Source of the DNA: Mobula hypostoma
Lineage: Eukaryota
Length of the DNA stretch: 64,000 bases
Direction of reading: 5' to 3'
Assembly (NCBI RefSeq): GCF_963921235.1
Contig: NC_086097.1
Location: 21,206,001 to 21,270,000, forward strand
Shown here: piece by piece, positions 13,491-25,295 of the stretch
Position numbering within the stretch: the first letter of the stretch is position 1
Layout of the letters: each line of letters begins with the position of its first letter
Made by a program: the position numbers and the translations under genes
The notes under the pieces: generated by a model
The model's database searches: none
Seen by the model: the letters and a program-made list of their open reading frames with translations, nothing else
What the model was told of the DNA's origin: nothing

Positions 13491-14168
13491 CATGGACTAT
13501 TTTCTAAATGGGGGGGAAAGATTCAAAAATCAGGGATGCAGAGGGACTTGGGAGTTCTCTTACAGGATTTGCTAATGGTTAACTTGCAGGCTGAGAATGT
13601 GGTAAGGAAGACAAATGATTTTTTGCATTAATTTTGAGAGGACTAGAATACAAAAGCTAGGATAAAATGCTGAGGCTTTATAAGGCATTGGTCAGACCAC
13701 ATGGAGTATTGTGAGCAGTTTGGGCTGGCACTGGAGAGGGTCCAGAGGACATTCATGAAAATGATCCTACGAATGAAAGCGTTAAGGATACGAGGAGCAT
13801 TTGATGGCTCTATGACTGCACCTGATGGAGTTTAGAAAAATGGGGGGGAGGGCGGGGGCGCTCACTGAAACCTATTCAACCTAGATATAGTGGATGTAGA
13901 AAGGATGTTTCCTGTAGTGGGCGAGTCTAGGATCAGACGACATAGCCTCAGAATAGAAGGACATAGGGACATCCATTTACAACAAAGATGAAGAAAATTT
14001 CCTTTGGTCCAAGGGTGGTGAATCTGTGGAATTTATTGACACATATGGCTGTGCGGGCCAAGTCTTTGGGTGTATTTAAGACGGAGGTCGATAGGTCCTT
14101 GACCAATCAGGGTGTCAAAGATTACAGGGAGAAGACAGGAGGAATGGAGTTGAGAGGGCCAGTAAATT

Positions 14169-15480
14169 AGAATCAGAATCAGGTTTATTGTCACTGGCAT
14201 GTGACGTGAAATTTGCTAACTTCCCAGCAGCAGTTCAATGCAATACATAATATAGAAGATAAAAATAAGTAGATCAATTACAGTATACATATATTGAATA
14301 AATTGAAAATCCAGCAAAAAACAGAAATACTGTATATTAAAAAAAAATGAGGTAGTGCTCAAATGGGCTCAATGTCCATTTAGGAATCGGATGGCAGAGG
14401 GGACGAAGCTATTCCTGAATCGCTGAGTGTGTGCCTTCAGGCTTCTGTACCTCCTAACTGATGGTAACAGTGAGAAAAGGGCATGTCCTGGGTGCTGGAG
14501 GACCTTAATCATGGACACTGCCTTTCTGAGACACCACTCTCTGAAGATGTCCTGGGTATTTTGTAGGCTAGTACCCAAGATGGAGTTGACTAGATTTACA
14601 ACCCTCTGCAGCTTCTCTTTGGTCCTGTGCAGCAGCCTCCTCAATACCAGACAGTGATGCAGCCTGTCAGAATGCTCTCCACAGTACATCAGCAGATGTT
14701 TTTGAGTGTATTTGTTGACATACTAAGTCTCTTCAAACTCCTAATGAAGTATAGCTGCTGTCTTGCCTTCTTTTTAACTACATCGATATGTTGGGACCAG
14801 GTTAGATCCTCAAAGATCTTGACATCCAGGAACTTGAAGCTGCTCACTCTCTCCACTTCTGATCCCTCTAGGATGATTGGTATGTGTTCCTTTGTCTTAC
14901 CCTTCCTGAAGTCCACAATCAGCTCTTTCGTCTTACTGACGTTGAGTGCCAGGTTGTTGCTGCGGCACCACTCCACTAGCTGGCATATCTCACTCCTGTA
15001 CGCCCTCTCGTCACCACCTGAGATTTTACCAACAATGGTTGTATCGTCAGCAAATTAATAAATGGTATTTGTGCTATGCCTATCCACACCGTCATGTGTA
15101 TATAGAGAGTAGAACAGTGGGCTAAGCACACACCCCTAAGGTGCACCAGTGTTGATCGTCAGCGAGGAGATGTTATCACCGATCCGCAGAGATTATGGTC
15201 TTCCAGTTAGGAAGTTGAGGATCCAATTGCAGAGGGAGATACAGAGGCCCAGGTTCTGCAACTTCTCAATCAGGATTGTGGGAATGATGGTACTAAATGC
15301 TGAGCTATAGCCAATGAAAGGCACCCTGCTTATGTTGTCCAGGTGGTTTAAAGCCGTGTGGAGAGCAACTGAGGTCGCACCTGCTGTTGACCTATTGTGG
15401 CGATAGGCAAATTGCAATGGGTCCAGGTCCTTGCTGAGGCAGGAGTTCAGTCTAGTCATGGCCAACCTCTCAAAGCACTG
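14169..15480 (-). mobile_element. Rex1/Babar-like LINE, RT and 3' end
   Basis: ORFs 15193-15465 ([23 protein letters not shown]), 14689-14976 (WCRSNNLALNVSKTKELIVDFRK) and 14369-14689; (gattct)n tail at ~14169. Confidence 0.85.
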
Positions 15481-15510
15481 ACCAACCTCTCATCAGCTAT
15501 GGAGCAGACT

Positions 15511-15908
15511 TAAGAACATAAGAAATAGGAGCAGGAGTAGGCCACTAGCCCGTTGAGCCTGCTCCGCCATTCAATAAGATCATAGCTGATCTGGCCGTGA
15601 ACTCATCTCTACCTACCTGCCTTTTCCCCATAACCCTTAATTCCTTTACTATGCAAAAATCTATCCAGCCTTGTCTTAAATATATTTACTGAGGTAGCCT
15701 TTATTGCTTCATTGAGCAAAGAATTCCACAGATACACCACTCTCTGGGAAAAGCAGTTCCTCCTCATCTCTGTCCTAAATCTACTCCCCCGAATCTTGAG
15801 GCTATGCCCCCTAGATCTAATCTCACCTACCAGTAGAAACAACTTTCCTTTCTCTATATTATACCTTTCATAATTTTATGTTTCTATAAGAACTCCTCTT
15901 ATTCTTCT
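15511..15908 (-). mobile_element. CR1 3' end
   Basis: ORF 15609-15842, close to the 3' end of the CR1 at 25296-28168. Confidence 0.85.
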
Positions 15909-16019
15909 TGATGGGCCAAATGGCTTAATCCTGCTCCTGTGTCGTAAAGTCTTATGGTTATGCTCCAACTTCATAAAACTTTTGTCATACTTCTGGTGGA
16001 GTACCACGTGCTGTGCAAC

Positions 16020-17148
16020 TCTACAGACTGTCTTTACACATCTGGAGACAAAGGATGCTCAGGTGAGAATGCTGTTCTTGGATTACAGTTCAGCATTCAA
16101 CACTATAATTCCCTTCAGGCTCGGCAAGAAGCTCAGAGATCTTGGACTTCACCCTGCCTTGTGTAGTTGGATCCTGAACTTCCTGTCAGATTGCCAGCAG
16201 GTGGTAAGAGTAGGCTTCCTCACCTCCACCCCTCTGACCCTCAACACAGGTGCTCCTCAGGGTTGTGTACTAAGCACCCACCTTTACTCCCTGTATACCC
16301 ATGATTGTGTCACCACCTACAGCTCCAATCTGCTAATTAAATTTGCTGACAACACTACATTGATTGGACTAATCTCAAATAATAATGAGGCAGCCTACAG
16401 AGAAGAAGTCATCATCCTGACACAGTGGGGTCAAGAAAACAATCTCTCCCTCAATGTCGCAAGAACAAAGGAGCTGGTTGTAAACTACAGGAGGAATGGA
16501 GACAGGCATCAATGGATCTGGGGTTGAGAGGGTGAACAGCTTTAAGTTTCTCGGCATCACCGAGGATCTCACGTGGTCTGTACATACTGGCTGAGTGGTG
16601 AAAAAAGCACAACAGCGCCTCTTTCACCTCAGGCAATTGAATTTTGGTATGGGCTCCCAAATCCTAAGGACTTTCTACAGGGGCACAATTGACAGCATCC
16701 TGACTGGCTGCATCACTGCCTGGTATGGGAACTGTACTTCCCTCAATTGTAGGACACCGCAGAGAGTGGTGCAGACAGCCTGGCGCATCTATAGATGTGA
16801 ACTTCCCACTATTCAGGGCATTTACAGAGACAGGTGTGTAGAAAAGGCCTGAAGGATCATTGGGGACCCAAGTCACCCCAACCACAAACTGTTCCAGCTG
16901 GTACCATCCAGGAAATGGTATTGCAGCATTAAAGCCAGGACCAACAGGCTCCAGGACAGCTTCTTCCACCAGGCCATCAGACTGATTAATTCATGCTGAT
17001 ACAATTATATTTCTATGTTATATTGACTGTCCTGTTGTACATATTATTTTTTACAAATTACTATAAATTGCACATTTAGACTGAGACATAACAAATATTT
17101 TTACTCCTCATGTATATGAAGGATGAAGTAATAAAGTCAATTCAATTC
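16020..17148 (+). mobile_element. Rex1/Babar-like LINE, RT and 3' end
   Basis: ORF 15982-16527 (LDYSSAFNTI, GAPQGCVLS, KFADN) and ORF 16595-16852; tail aataaagtcaattcaattc. Confidence 0.85.
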
Positions 17149-17590
17149 TTGTCACTATGTTATAGGAAGGAAATATATTCTCAGGGTTATCATACATTAA
17201 GATGCCATGTCAATGTGAATAAGAAAGACCTACCTCATTTGGTAGAGGGAAGTTTACTTTTATCAGGACAGAATACTGTAAGAACTAGAACTCGTTTTCC
17301 AAAAAGGTGACAGAGACAGAAACCTTAATAGGAGATTATGTCCTGGGCAAGCACTTGAAATTCAGTAACCCATGGTTAAGACTTGGGAAAGGCCTTAATA
17401 CGTGTTTTGATGTTTTTTTCTGGTGATGGAGTTTTTATTTACTTTACATGATACCGACGCTGTTTACCAACCTAGCCTTTTCCAGTCCTCCCTAATGCCC
17501 GAGAACCAGGCCAGTTACTATCACAACCACGTTACGGACAACAGACCGCGGAGGGTTTCTATCGATTCACCAAGAGCGGCCGGGACCTAC

Positions 17591-17719
17591 TTTAAGATTC
17601 TTTTCAGCTCTGGAAAAGTCGAGGACCCCAGAAAAGTCCGGCGGGGGTACGCGCCTCTTGTAGTACTTGAAGAGCCTCCTGAAGGCGTCCTCCCCCTGTT
17701 CCAGCCGCCCGGCGGCCAT
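17591..17719 (-). CDS. ALKBH1: ALKBH1 coding exon 1 (AlkB-family nucleic acid dioxygenase); remainder not found in window
   Basis: Hand translation [43 protein letters not shown] resembles the vertebrate ALKBH1 N-terminus (GEDAFRKLFRFY...GVIDFS). It ends at phase-0 donor AAA|GTAGGT, lies in a CpG-rich region, and is head-to-head with SLIRP as in human. Confidence 0.88.
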
Positions 17720-17928
17720 TGTCTTCCGTCAGCCCGGTCCGGGCCCGCCCCGCCGGTGCTCGCTGCCTTAGTTCCACTGTAATCACCGCCAGCCGCCTCA
17801 AAAACAACTAGAAATCACAGCAGATATATGTTAATTTATCGAAGTTTTATTTTGATGGGGAACGCGTGTTGTCTTTTGATCGTCAGCCTCGCGGGTCAGA
17901 GGTCAGGAGTCATCATCGGGGAGTCGGC
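17720..17928. promoter_or_regulatory. Bidirectional ALKBH1/SLIRP promoter within CpG-rich island (~17450-18130)
   Basis: 209 nt between divergent ATGs; GC box cccgcccc at ~17745-17752; marked CpG enrichment relative to flanks. Confidence 0.8.
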
Positions 17929-17998
17929 ATGGCGGCGCCACCGTCCCGCAAGGTTTTCGAGGTCTTCATCTCTCGCGTTCCCTGGACCCTGGCAAACA
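17929..17998 (+). CDS. SLIRP: SLIRP exon 1 (RRM protein, mitochondrial)
   Basis: MAAPPSRKVFEVFISRVPWTLAN, RNP2-like VFISRVPW; donor A|GTGAGT, phase 1. Confidence 0.92.
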
Positions 17999-18153
17999 GT
18001 GAGTGACGCCGACTTTGCTTTCCGCTGCTCGGGAGGAATGCCTTTTTGTGCGAGTGATTTTTTTAAAAATTAAGCTAGTGGGCGATGGAGGAGTGGGCCC
18101 CGACCCTGTGCAATAGCAACCTTGGTCATGCACCCGAACTGAATATATAACCC

Positions 18154-18370
18154 ATAAAATGTTGGAGGTGCTCAGCAGGTCAGGCAGCATCTGCGGAGAG
18201 GAATAAGCGGTCAACGTTTCGGGCTGAGACCCTTCATCAGGACTTGTGAAGGTTGTCGTCCCAAAATGCTGCCTGTTCTCCATTATAGATGTCCCTGACC
18301 TGCTCAGCTCCCCCAGCATTCTGTGTGTGTTGCTGTGAATTTCTGGCATGTGCAGAATCTCTCATATTTA
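18154..18370. mobile_element. Fold-back insertion of two opposed Penelope-like termini
   Basis: Perfect 14-bp TSD tgaatatataaccc at 18140-18153 and 18371-18384; left arm is a minus-strand PLE terminus and right arm a plus-strand one. Confidence 0.85.
18209..18244 (-). ncRNA. Minimal type I hammerhead ribozyme motif
   Basis: Minus strand reads a-gtc-CTGATGA-a-gggt-ctca-gccc-GAAA-cg-TT-gac-c: core boxes, stem I (gtc/gac), stem II and palindromic ACGT in place of stem III. Confidence 0.7.
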
Positions 18371-19459
18371 TGAATATATAACCCTGCGTTTTGTATTTTA
18401 AAATTAAAACACTGAACTTCCACATGGAGCGTCGGCAGAAAGAAACAAAACTTTGGTTTTAAGTTGAAAACCCTCCATTTGGAATTTAAGTGTAATATTT
18501 CGTATTAGTACTGGTTTATCATTCACGTGTACTGAGTTACAGTGAAAACCCTTTGCATGTCAGCCAGACGGATCAGCCATATCTAAATTATAATACTAAG
18601 TTGTATGATATTAAGCCATACTGAAGTTATTCAATGTAGTAAAAAGCAAATAGAATCCGGGTATATATAGACTGTTACAGAGCAAGTGCAGTGCAGGCAG
18701 ACAAATAAAGTGCTAGGGCTATGATGAGCCAGATCAAGTGTTGCTCTTGTAGCCCATCAGTGGTCCATTCAAGAGTCAAATATAACTGGGTTAAAAGCAG
18801 TCCTTGAGTCTGGTGATATGCAGTGACTCCCTCCTTTAGACTATTTGAGGTAATTATTTTATTTTTTTACTTCTCTTCTGATATTTGTATATATGTGCAC
18901 TTGAAATGCAACTGTGATACTGTAATTTCTTTTGGGATCAATAAAGTATCCCTGAGAGATGGGAGAAGAGAGGATGACCAGGGTGGGAGGGAATCCTTGA
19001 TTACTGACAATGAGATGGGTTCTTTGAGGAGGTAAGTGAATAACATGGAACTGTTTCTACCACTGATAAAGAGTCTTTGACTTGAAATGGTAACTCTTGT
19101 TTGTTTTCTGAGTGTTTCCAGCATTTTCTGTTCTTATTTTGTATTGCTGATAAGGGAAATGGATAGTGTCAATTCAAGCTATTGAAAGGAAATTGACGGA
19201 CGTCCATGGAATGTTAATTTACTGAGCAACAGGGAGAGGGCTAAGGAAATGGGGATACATTTGGTATGTCTTTGACTTGTTACTTCGAAGGAAAACAGGC
19301 TGTCCCTTCTAAGATGCCTTATTCATCTTATAATTGTTTCCATTAAAGCATCCGGAATTGTCCTTAACTATGCACAAGATGCTGGAGGAATTGAGCTGGT
19401 CGAGTAGTATCTATGGAGGTAATTATCATGCACTTTGTAGGTGGTAAGAGTGGGCTCTC

Positions 19460-20342
19460 TCACCTCTGCCCCTCTTGCACTCAACACAGGTGCCCCTCAG
19501 GGCTGTGTACTAAGCCCCCCTCCTTTACTGTCTGTATACTCATAACTGTATCACTACCCACAGCTCCAATCTGCGAATTAAATTTGCCGATGACACTACA
19601 CTGATTGGCCTTATCTCGAATAATAATGAGGCAGCTTACAGAGAGGAAGTCATCACCTGACACAGTGGTGTCAAGACAACAACCTCTCCCTCAACATCGC
19701 AAAAACAAAGGAGCTGGTTGTGGACTACAAGAGGAATAGAGACAGGCTAAACCCTATAGACATCAATGGATCTGGGGTTGAGAGGGTGAACAGCTTTAAG
19801 AGGTACAACAACACCTCTTTCACCTCAAACGATTGAATAAGTTTGGTATGGCCCCTCAAATTCTAAGAACTTTCTATAGGGGCACGATTGAGAGCATCCT
19901 GACTGGCTGCATCTCTGCCTGGTATGGGAACTGTACTTCCCTCAATCGCAGGACTCTGCAGAGAGTGGTGTGGACAGCCCAGCGCATCTGTAGATGTAAA
20001 ATTCCCGCTATTCAGGACACTTGCAAAGACAGGTGTGTAAAAAGGGCCTGAAGGATCATTGGAGACCGGAGTCACCCCAACTACAAACTGTTCCAGCTGC
20101 TACCATCTGGGAAACTGCATAAAAGCCTGGACCAATAGGCTTCGGGACAGCTTCTTCCACCAGGCCATCAGACTGATTAATTCATGCTGATGCTTCTGTA
20201 TTTCTATGCTATATTGATTATCCTGTTGTATATACTACTTATTATAAATTATTATACTTGCAAATTGTACATTTGAATGGAGATGTAACAAAGATTTTTA
20301 CTCGTGTTTGAAGGATGTAAGTAATAAAGTCAGTTCAATTCA
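19460..20342 (+). mobile_element. Rex1/Babar-like LINE fragment
   Basis: Closely similar to 16200-17148; ORF 19833-20051 (LRTFYRGTIESILTGCISAWYGNC). Confidence 0.85.
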
Positions 20343-21084
20343 GTGCTAATATTAACAGAAAGTGCTGGGGATACTAAACAAGTCGGGCAGCATCTGAAAT
20401 CGGAAAGAGATTGTTTGCTTCATTTCTTATTCACACTGTGTTGACGTCTTTTACCTGGGATGCAAAGAAATCAGATCTGCTTATAGTCAGAATATAGAAA
20501 AGCAAGGAGAGTGATTCTTCTTGTGAAAATAATTATGGAAAAAAACAGTGAATGTTTACCTTTTCACTTGGTAAATCATTTTATGAAAACTTGCTATCCA
20601 CTATTTTCTCAGTGGCAAGTTTTGATGGAATAGACAGTAAATGCTGTGTGAGCCACTAACATTACAAAAATGAATTAATTTAAAGTTCTAATACGGTTCT
20701 TTTCAACAAATAATGCCTTTTTGAACACTGAATCTTCCCTTCAATATCTTCTTTTTGCGTTCTCTTGCAATTCCTGTTTTTGCCTTTCAAAATCTGTAAC
20801 TCCCTACGTTAAATTACATCTGCTCCCTGACTCCTATTCCATAAAGTAGAATGTACAAAACTGAGAATGGATAGTTTCTGAGGTGGTATTTTACATATTT
20901 TTAGTCAATATCGTTCAGCTCTTGGAAAGAGACTTCTAAGCTGGGAAAGTTGTATGATAGGCTTGGGAAATGGAAAAGTAAGTGGCTGAAAATTGTTTGC
21001 AGTGTTCCTGCAGGAATAATTTACAGAAGTAATCGAACATTTAAAAAAAGAAGTTATTGAATTAATGAATCTGTGTTTTTGCAG

Positions 21085-21143
21085 AAGAAATCAAGGATTA
21101 TTTTGGACAGTTTGGATCAGTGAAGAAATGTCTTCTTCCATTT
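21085..21143 (+). CDS. SLIRP: SLIRP exon 2
   Basis: tttttgcag| (K)EIKDYFGQFGSVKKCLLPF |gtaagt; 59 nt, phase compatible with exon 1. Confidence 0.93.
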
Positions 21144-22199
21144 GTAAGTATTCAATTAACTTTAATCATACTCTGTGTTAATAAATATAAGCTGAATCTT
21201 TTCTTTCCTATCTTGAATGGATCAACTATATATTTTAGATTTTAAAATTAAATGCAGCATTGAAATCCCTTGTAAAGTCCAGAATGAGGAGAAGGCTAAT
21301 CGGTATTTCACAGAGATCTGCTTTTATTTAATCTATCTTATCAATTGTGTGAGGAAATATCAGGAAATGGCAAACTACAACAGATTTTAAGAAATTCCAT
21401 AAATACTTAAAACAGACAGAGAGGCAACCTGTTAGGGACTATGAAAAATAAAGTTTTGAAGTAAGGATGTACAGTAGCATGTGCCAACAGTTGTGAAATT
21501 TCAACTGGTACAGAGCAGTGAAGTGATTTTTGGGTTGGATACATTAATGTTAGAATTGCAAGTGGGTGTGGAGAAAGTGTAAATGTGTAAACTAGAACAG
21601 CAAACAAATGTCATAAGATGCTAGACAGATACAGTTTGGGACACCATAAGTAATTAATTGTGAGAATATTAAGCATTGACTGAAAGACGAGAATTTTAAT
21701 AAAAAGTAGCATTGTTTCCACTGGTTAGGTACAAATATCAAAGCCATGTTTATTGCCATAGGCACAAATACATGTATGCGAAGATGCAATAAAAAACTTG
21801 GGAGTTGCATCACAGGAACGTAGCATCTGATGTACATTATCACGAAAAATAAATTGAACACAATTTTTACAAGAAAGAACACAATTAGAACAAAAAAACA
21901 AAGAAAATAACTTCTTTGGAACAAAGTTTTCTATAATATAATGATTCATTCTTTTTATGTTCATAAAAGGGAGCTTTTTCTGGTTGGCTGCCAGTGACTA
22001 GTGATGTTCCAAAAAGTCTGGGTTGGGACCGCTTCTTTTACGTTATATGTCAATGATTTGGATGATGGAATTGATGGCTTTGTGGCCGAGTCTTCAGGTG
22101 GTATAAAAATAGGTGGTGAGGCAGGTCGTTTTTAGGAGGTGGAGAGGCTGTAGAAGGACAGATTAGGAGAATGGGCAGAAAAGTGACTAATGGGATTCA

Positions 22200-25058
22200 A
22201 ACCCGGACTCCAGCAATGACCATAGACACATTCGAAGTGATTGCGCAACCACCAACTGCGACTCCAGCCTTGAACTCCAGGCCGGGTCTTTATATGCTGC
22301 TATTGTGAATCCCGTCTCCCCTTCCCCCACCACCACTCTGCAATCCCATCTCCTTCAGATCCCACCGTCAGCTCCTGGGCCCTCAGAGGCTCCATCTTCC
22401 TCTCACCCCAACCCTCTCCTCTCCATTGACACTCCCAGCCTCCCCCCTCCCCACTCTGATCCCAGCTCTCATCCGTGCCGGGTCTTTACTATCCCCTCTG
22501 ACCTTCAACTGTCGGAGGCAGAGCGCTCTGTCCTCAGTAAGGGCCTCACCTTTGTCCCCCTTCGCCCACACCTCAGCGAGTTCTGTGTTCGCCATGATGC
22601 GGAACTTCTCTTCCGCTGTCTCCAAGCCTACTTCTTCGGCAAGGATCTTCCACCCCCACCGATGACCCCTTCTCCCGTCTTCAACCCTCCTCTTCTTCAT
22701 GGACACCCCGCTCTGGTCTTCTGCCTGCTCTGGATCTCTTTATTGCTAACTGCCGACGGGACATCAACCGTCTCGACTTCACCGCACCTTGTCCCCATTC
22801 CAACCTCACTCCTTCGGAACGCTCTGCTCTCCACTCCCTCCGCACTAATCCTAACCTTATTATTAAACCCGCTGATAAAGGGGATGCTGTTGTAGTCTGG
22901 CGTACTGACCTCTACCTTGCCGCGGCACAGCGACAACTCGTGGATACCTCCTCTTATTTACCCCTTGATCATGACCCCACTAAGGAGCACCAGGCCATTG
23001 TCTCCCACACCATCACCGACTTTATCCGCTCAGGGGATCTCCCATCCACTGCTACCAACCTTATAGTTCCCACACCTCGCACTTCCCGTTTCTACCTCCT
23101 ACCCAAGATCCACAAACCTGCCTGTCCTGGCCGACCTATTGTTTCAGCTTGCTCCTGCCCCACCGAACTCGTTTCTGCATACCTTGACACGGTTTTATCC
23201 CCCCTTGTTCAATCCCTTCCTACCTATGTTCGTGACACTTCTCACGCTCTTAAACTTTTCGATGATTTTAAGTTCCCTGGCCCCCACTGCTTTATTTTCA
23301 CCATGGATGTCCAGTCCCTATATACTTCCATCCCCCATCAGGAAGGTCTCGAAGCTCTACGCTTCTTTTTGGATTCCAGACCTAATCAGTTCCCTTCTAC
23401 CACCACTCTGCTCCATTTAGCGGAATTAGTCCTTACTCTTAATAATTTCTCCTTTGGCTCCTCCCACTTCCTCCAAACTAAAGGTGTAGCTATGGGCACC
23501 CGTATGGGTCCTGGCTATGCCTGCCTTTTTGTTGGCTTTGTGGAACAATCTATGTTCCGTGCCTATTCTGGTATCTGTCCCCCACTTTTCCTTCGCTACA
23601 TCGACAACTGCATTGGCGCTGCTTCCTGCACGCATGCAGAGCTCGTTGACTTTATTAACTTTGCCTCCAACTTTCACCCTGCCCTCAAGTTTACCTGGTC
23701 CATTTCCGACACCTCCCTCCCCTTTCTAGATCTTTCTGTCTCTGTCTCTGGAGACAGCTTATCCACTGATGTCTACTATAAGCCAACTGACTCTCTCAGC
23801 TATCTGGACTATTCCTCTTCTCACCCTGTCTCTTGCAAAAACGCCATCCCCTTCTTGCAATTCCTCCGTCTCCGCCGCATCTGCTCTCAGGATGAGGCTT
23901 TTCATTCTAGGACGAGGGAGATATCTTCCTTTTTTAAAGAAAGGGGCTTCCGTTCCTCCACTATCAACTCTGCTCTTAAACGCATCTCCCCCATCTCACG
24001 TACATCTGCTCTCACTCCATCCTCCCGCCACCCCACTAGGAATAGGGTTCCCCTGGTCCTCACCTACCACCCCACCAGCCTCCGGGTCCAACATATTATT
24101 CTCCGTAACTTCCGCCACCTCCAACGGGATCACACCACTAAGCACATCTTTCCCTCACCCCCCTCTCTGCATTCCGCAGGGATCGCTCCCTATGCAACTC
24201 CCTTATCCATTCGTTCCCCCCCCATCCCTCCCCACTGATCTCCCTCCTGGCACTTATCCGTGTAAGTGGAACAAGTGCTACACATGCCCTTACACTTCCT
24301 CCCTTACCACCATTCAGGGCCCCAAACAGTCCTTCCAGGTGAGGCAACACTTCACCTGTGAGTCGGCTGGGGTGATATACTGTGTCCGGTGCTCCCGATG
24401 TGGCCTTTTATATATTGGCGAGACCCGACACAGACTGGGAGACCGCTTTGCTGAACACCTATGCTCTGTCCGCCAGAGAAAGCAGGATCTCCCAGTGGCC
24501 ACACATTTTAATTCCACATCCCATTCCCATTCTGATAGGTCTATCCACGGCCTCCTCTACTGTAAAGATGAAGCCACACTCAGGTTGGAGGAACAACACC
24601 TTATATTCCGTCTGGGTAGCCTCCAACCTGATGGCATGAACATCGACTTCTCTAACTTACGCTAATGCCCCACCTCCCCCTCGTACCCCATCCGTTATTT
24701 ATTTTTATACACACATTCTTTCTCTCACTCTCCTTTTTCTCCCTCTGTCCCTCTGAATATACCCCTTGCCCATCCTCTGGGTCCCCCCCCCCCCCGGCCC
24801 CTGTCTTTCTTCCCGGACCTCCTGTCCCATGATCCTCTCGTATCCCTTTTGCCTATCACCTATCCAGCTCTTGGCTCCATCCCTCCCCCTCCTGTCTTCT
24901 CCTATCATTTTGGATCTCCCCCTCCCCCTCCCCCTCCAACTTTCAAATCCCTTACTCACTCTTCCTTCAGTTAGTCCTGACGAAGGGTCTCGGCCTGAAA
25001 CGTCGACTGCACCTCTTCCTAGAGATGCTGCGTTCACCAGCAACTTTTATGTGTGTTG
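22200..25058 (+). mobile_element. Penelope-like retroelement (RT + GIY-YIG endonuclease), 5'-truncated and frameshifted, inserted in a CR1 fragment
   Basis: LSKGLTFVP; ORF 22940-24238 (FYLLPKIHK, GRPIVS, MDVQSLY, GVAMG, RYIDN); end of ORF 23769-24665 (VIYCVRCSRCGLLYIGET...RFAEH); pyrimidine-rich 3' region; TSD atgggattca at 22190-22199 and 25059-25068. Confidence 0.95.
24973..25008 (+). ncRNA. Minimal type I hammerhead ribozyme motif in PLE 3' terminus
   Basis: agtc-CTGACGA(24977-24983)-agg-gtctcgg-cct-GAAA(24997-25000)-cg-TC-gact; predicted cleavage after the GUC ending at 25004. Confidence 0.75.
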
Positions 25059-25295
25059 ATGGGATTCAGTTGGGAAGTGTATGGTCATGCACTTTGGTAG
25101 AAGAAATAAAAGCATTGACTATTTTCTAAATGGAGAGAAAGTTCAAAAATCTGAGGTGCAATGGGACTTGTGCGGGATATGGGGAGAAGGCAGGGGATTG
25201 GGGCTGAGAGGGAAATGGATCAGCCATGATGAAATGTCAGAGCAGACTCGATGGGCCAAATAGCCTTGTGAATATCTTGTGTTCTTATGCTGAGA

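Larger units (their letters stand above)
13492..15960 (+). mobile_element. CR1 3' part, split by two nested insertions
   Basis: CR1 sequence 13492-14168 resumes briefly at ~15491-15510 (atcagctatggagcagact) and again at ~15909-15960 (gatgggccaaatggcttaatcctgctcct). Confidence 0.7.

Noticed and set aside
14369..17148. Rex1-like peptides (e.g. KKARQQLYFIRSLK) as exons of an AlkB-family gene
   Set aside because: They are contiguous with RT motifs and recur several times in the window; they are retroelement sequence, not ALKBH1 exons.
17423..18073. ORF-track ORFs 17423-17782, 17604-17807 and 17828-18073 as genes
   Set aside because: Antisense or off-frame shadows of the GC-rich ALKBH1 and SLIRP first exons.
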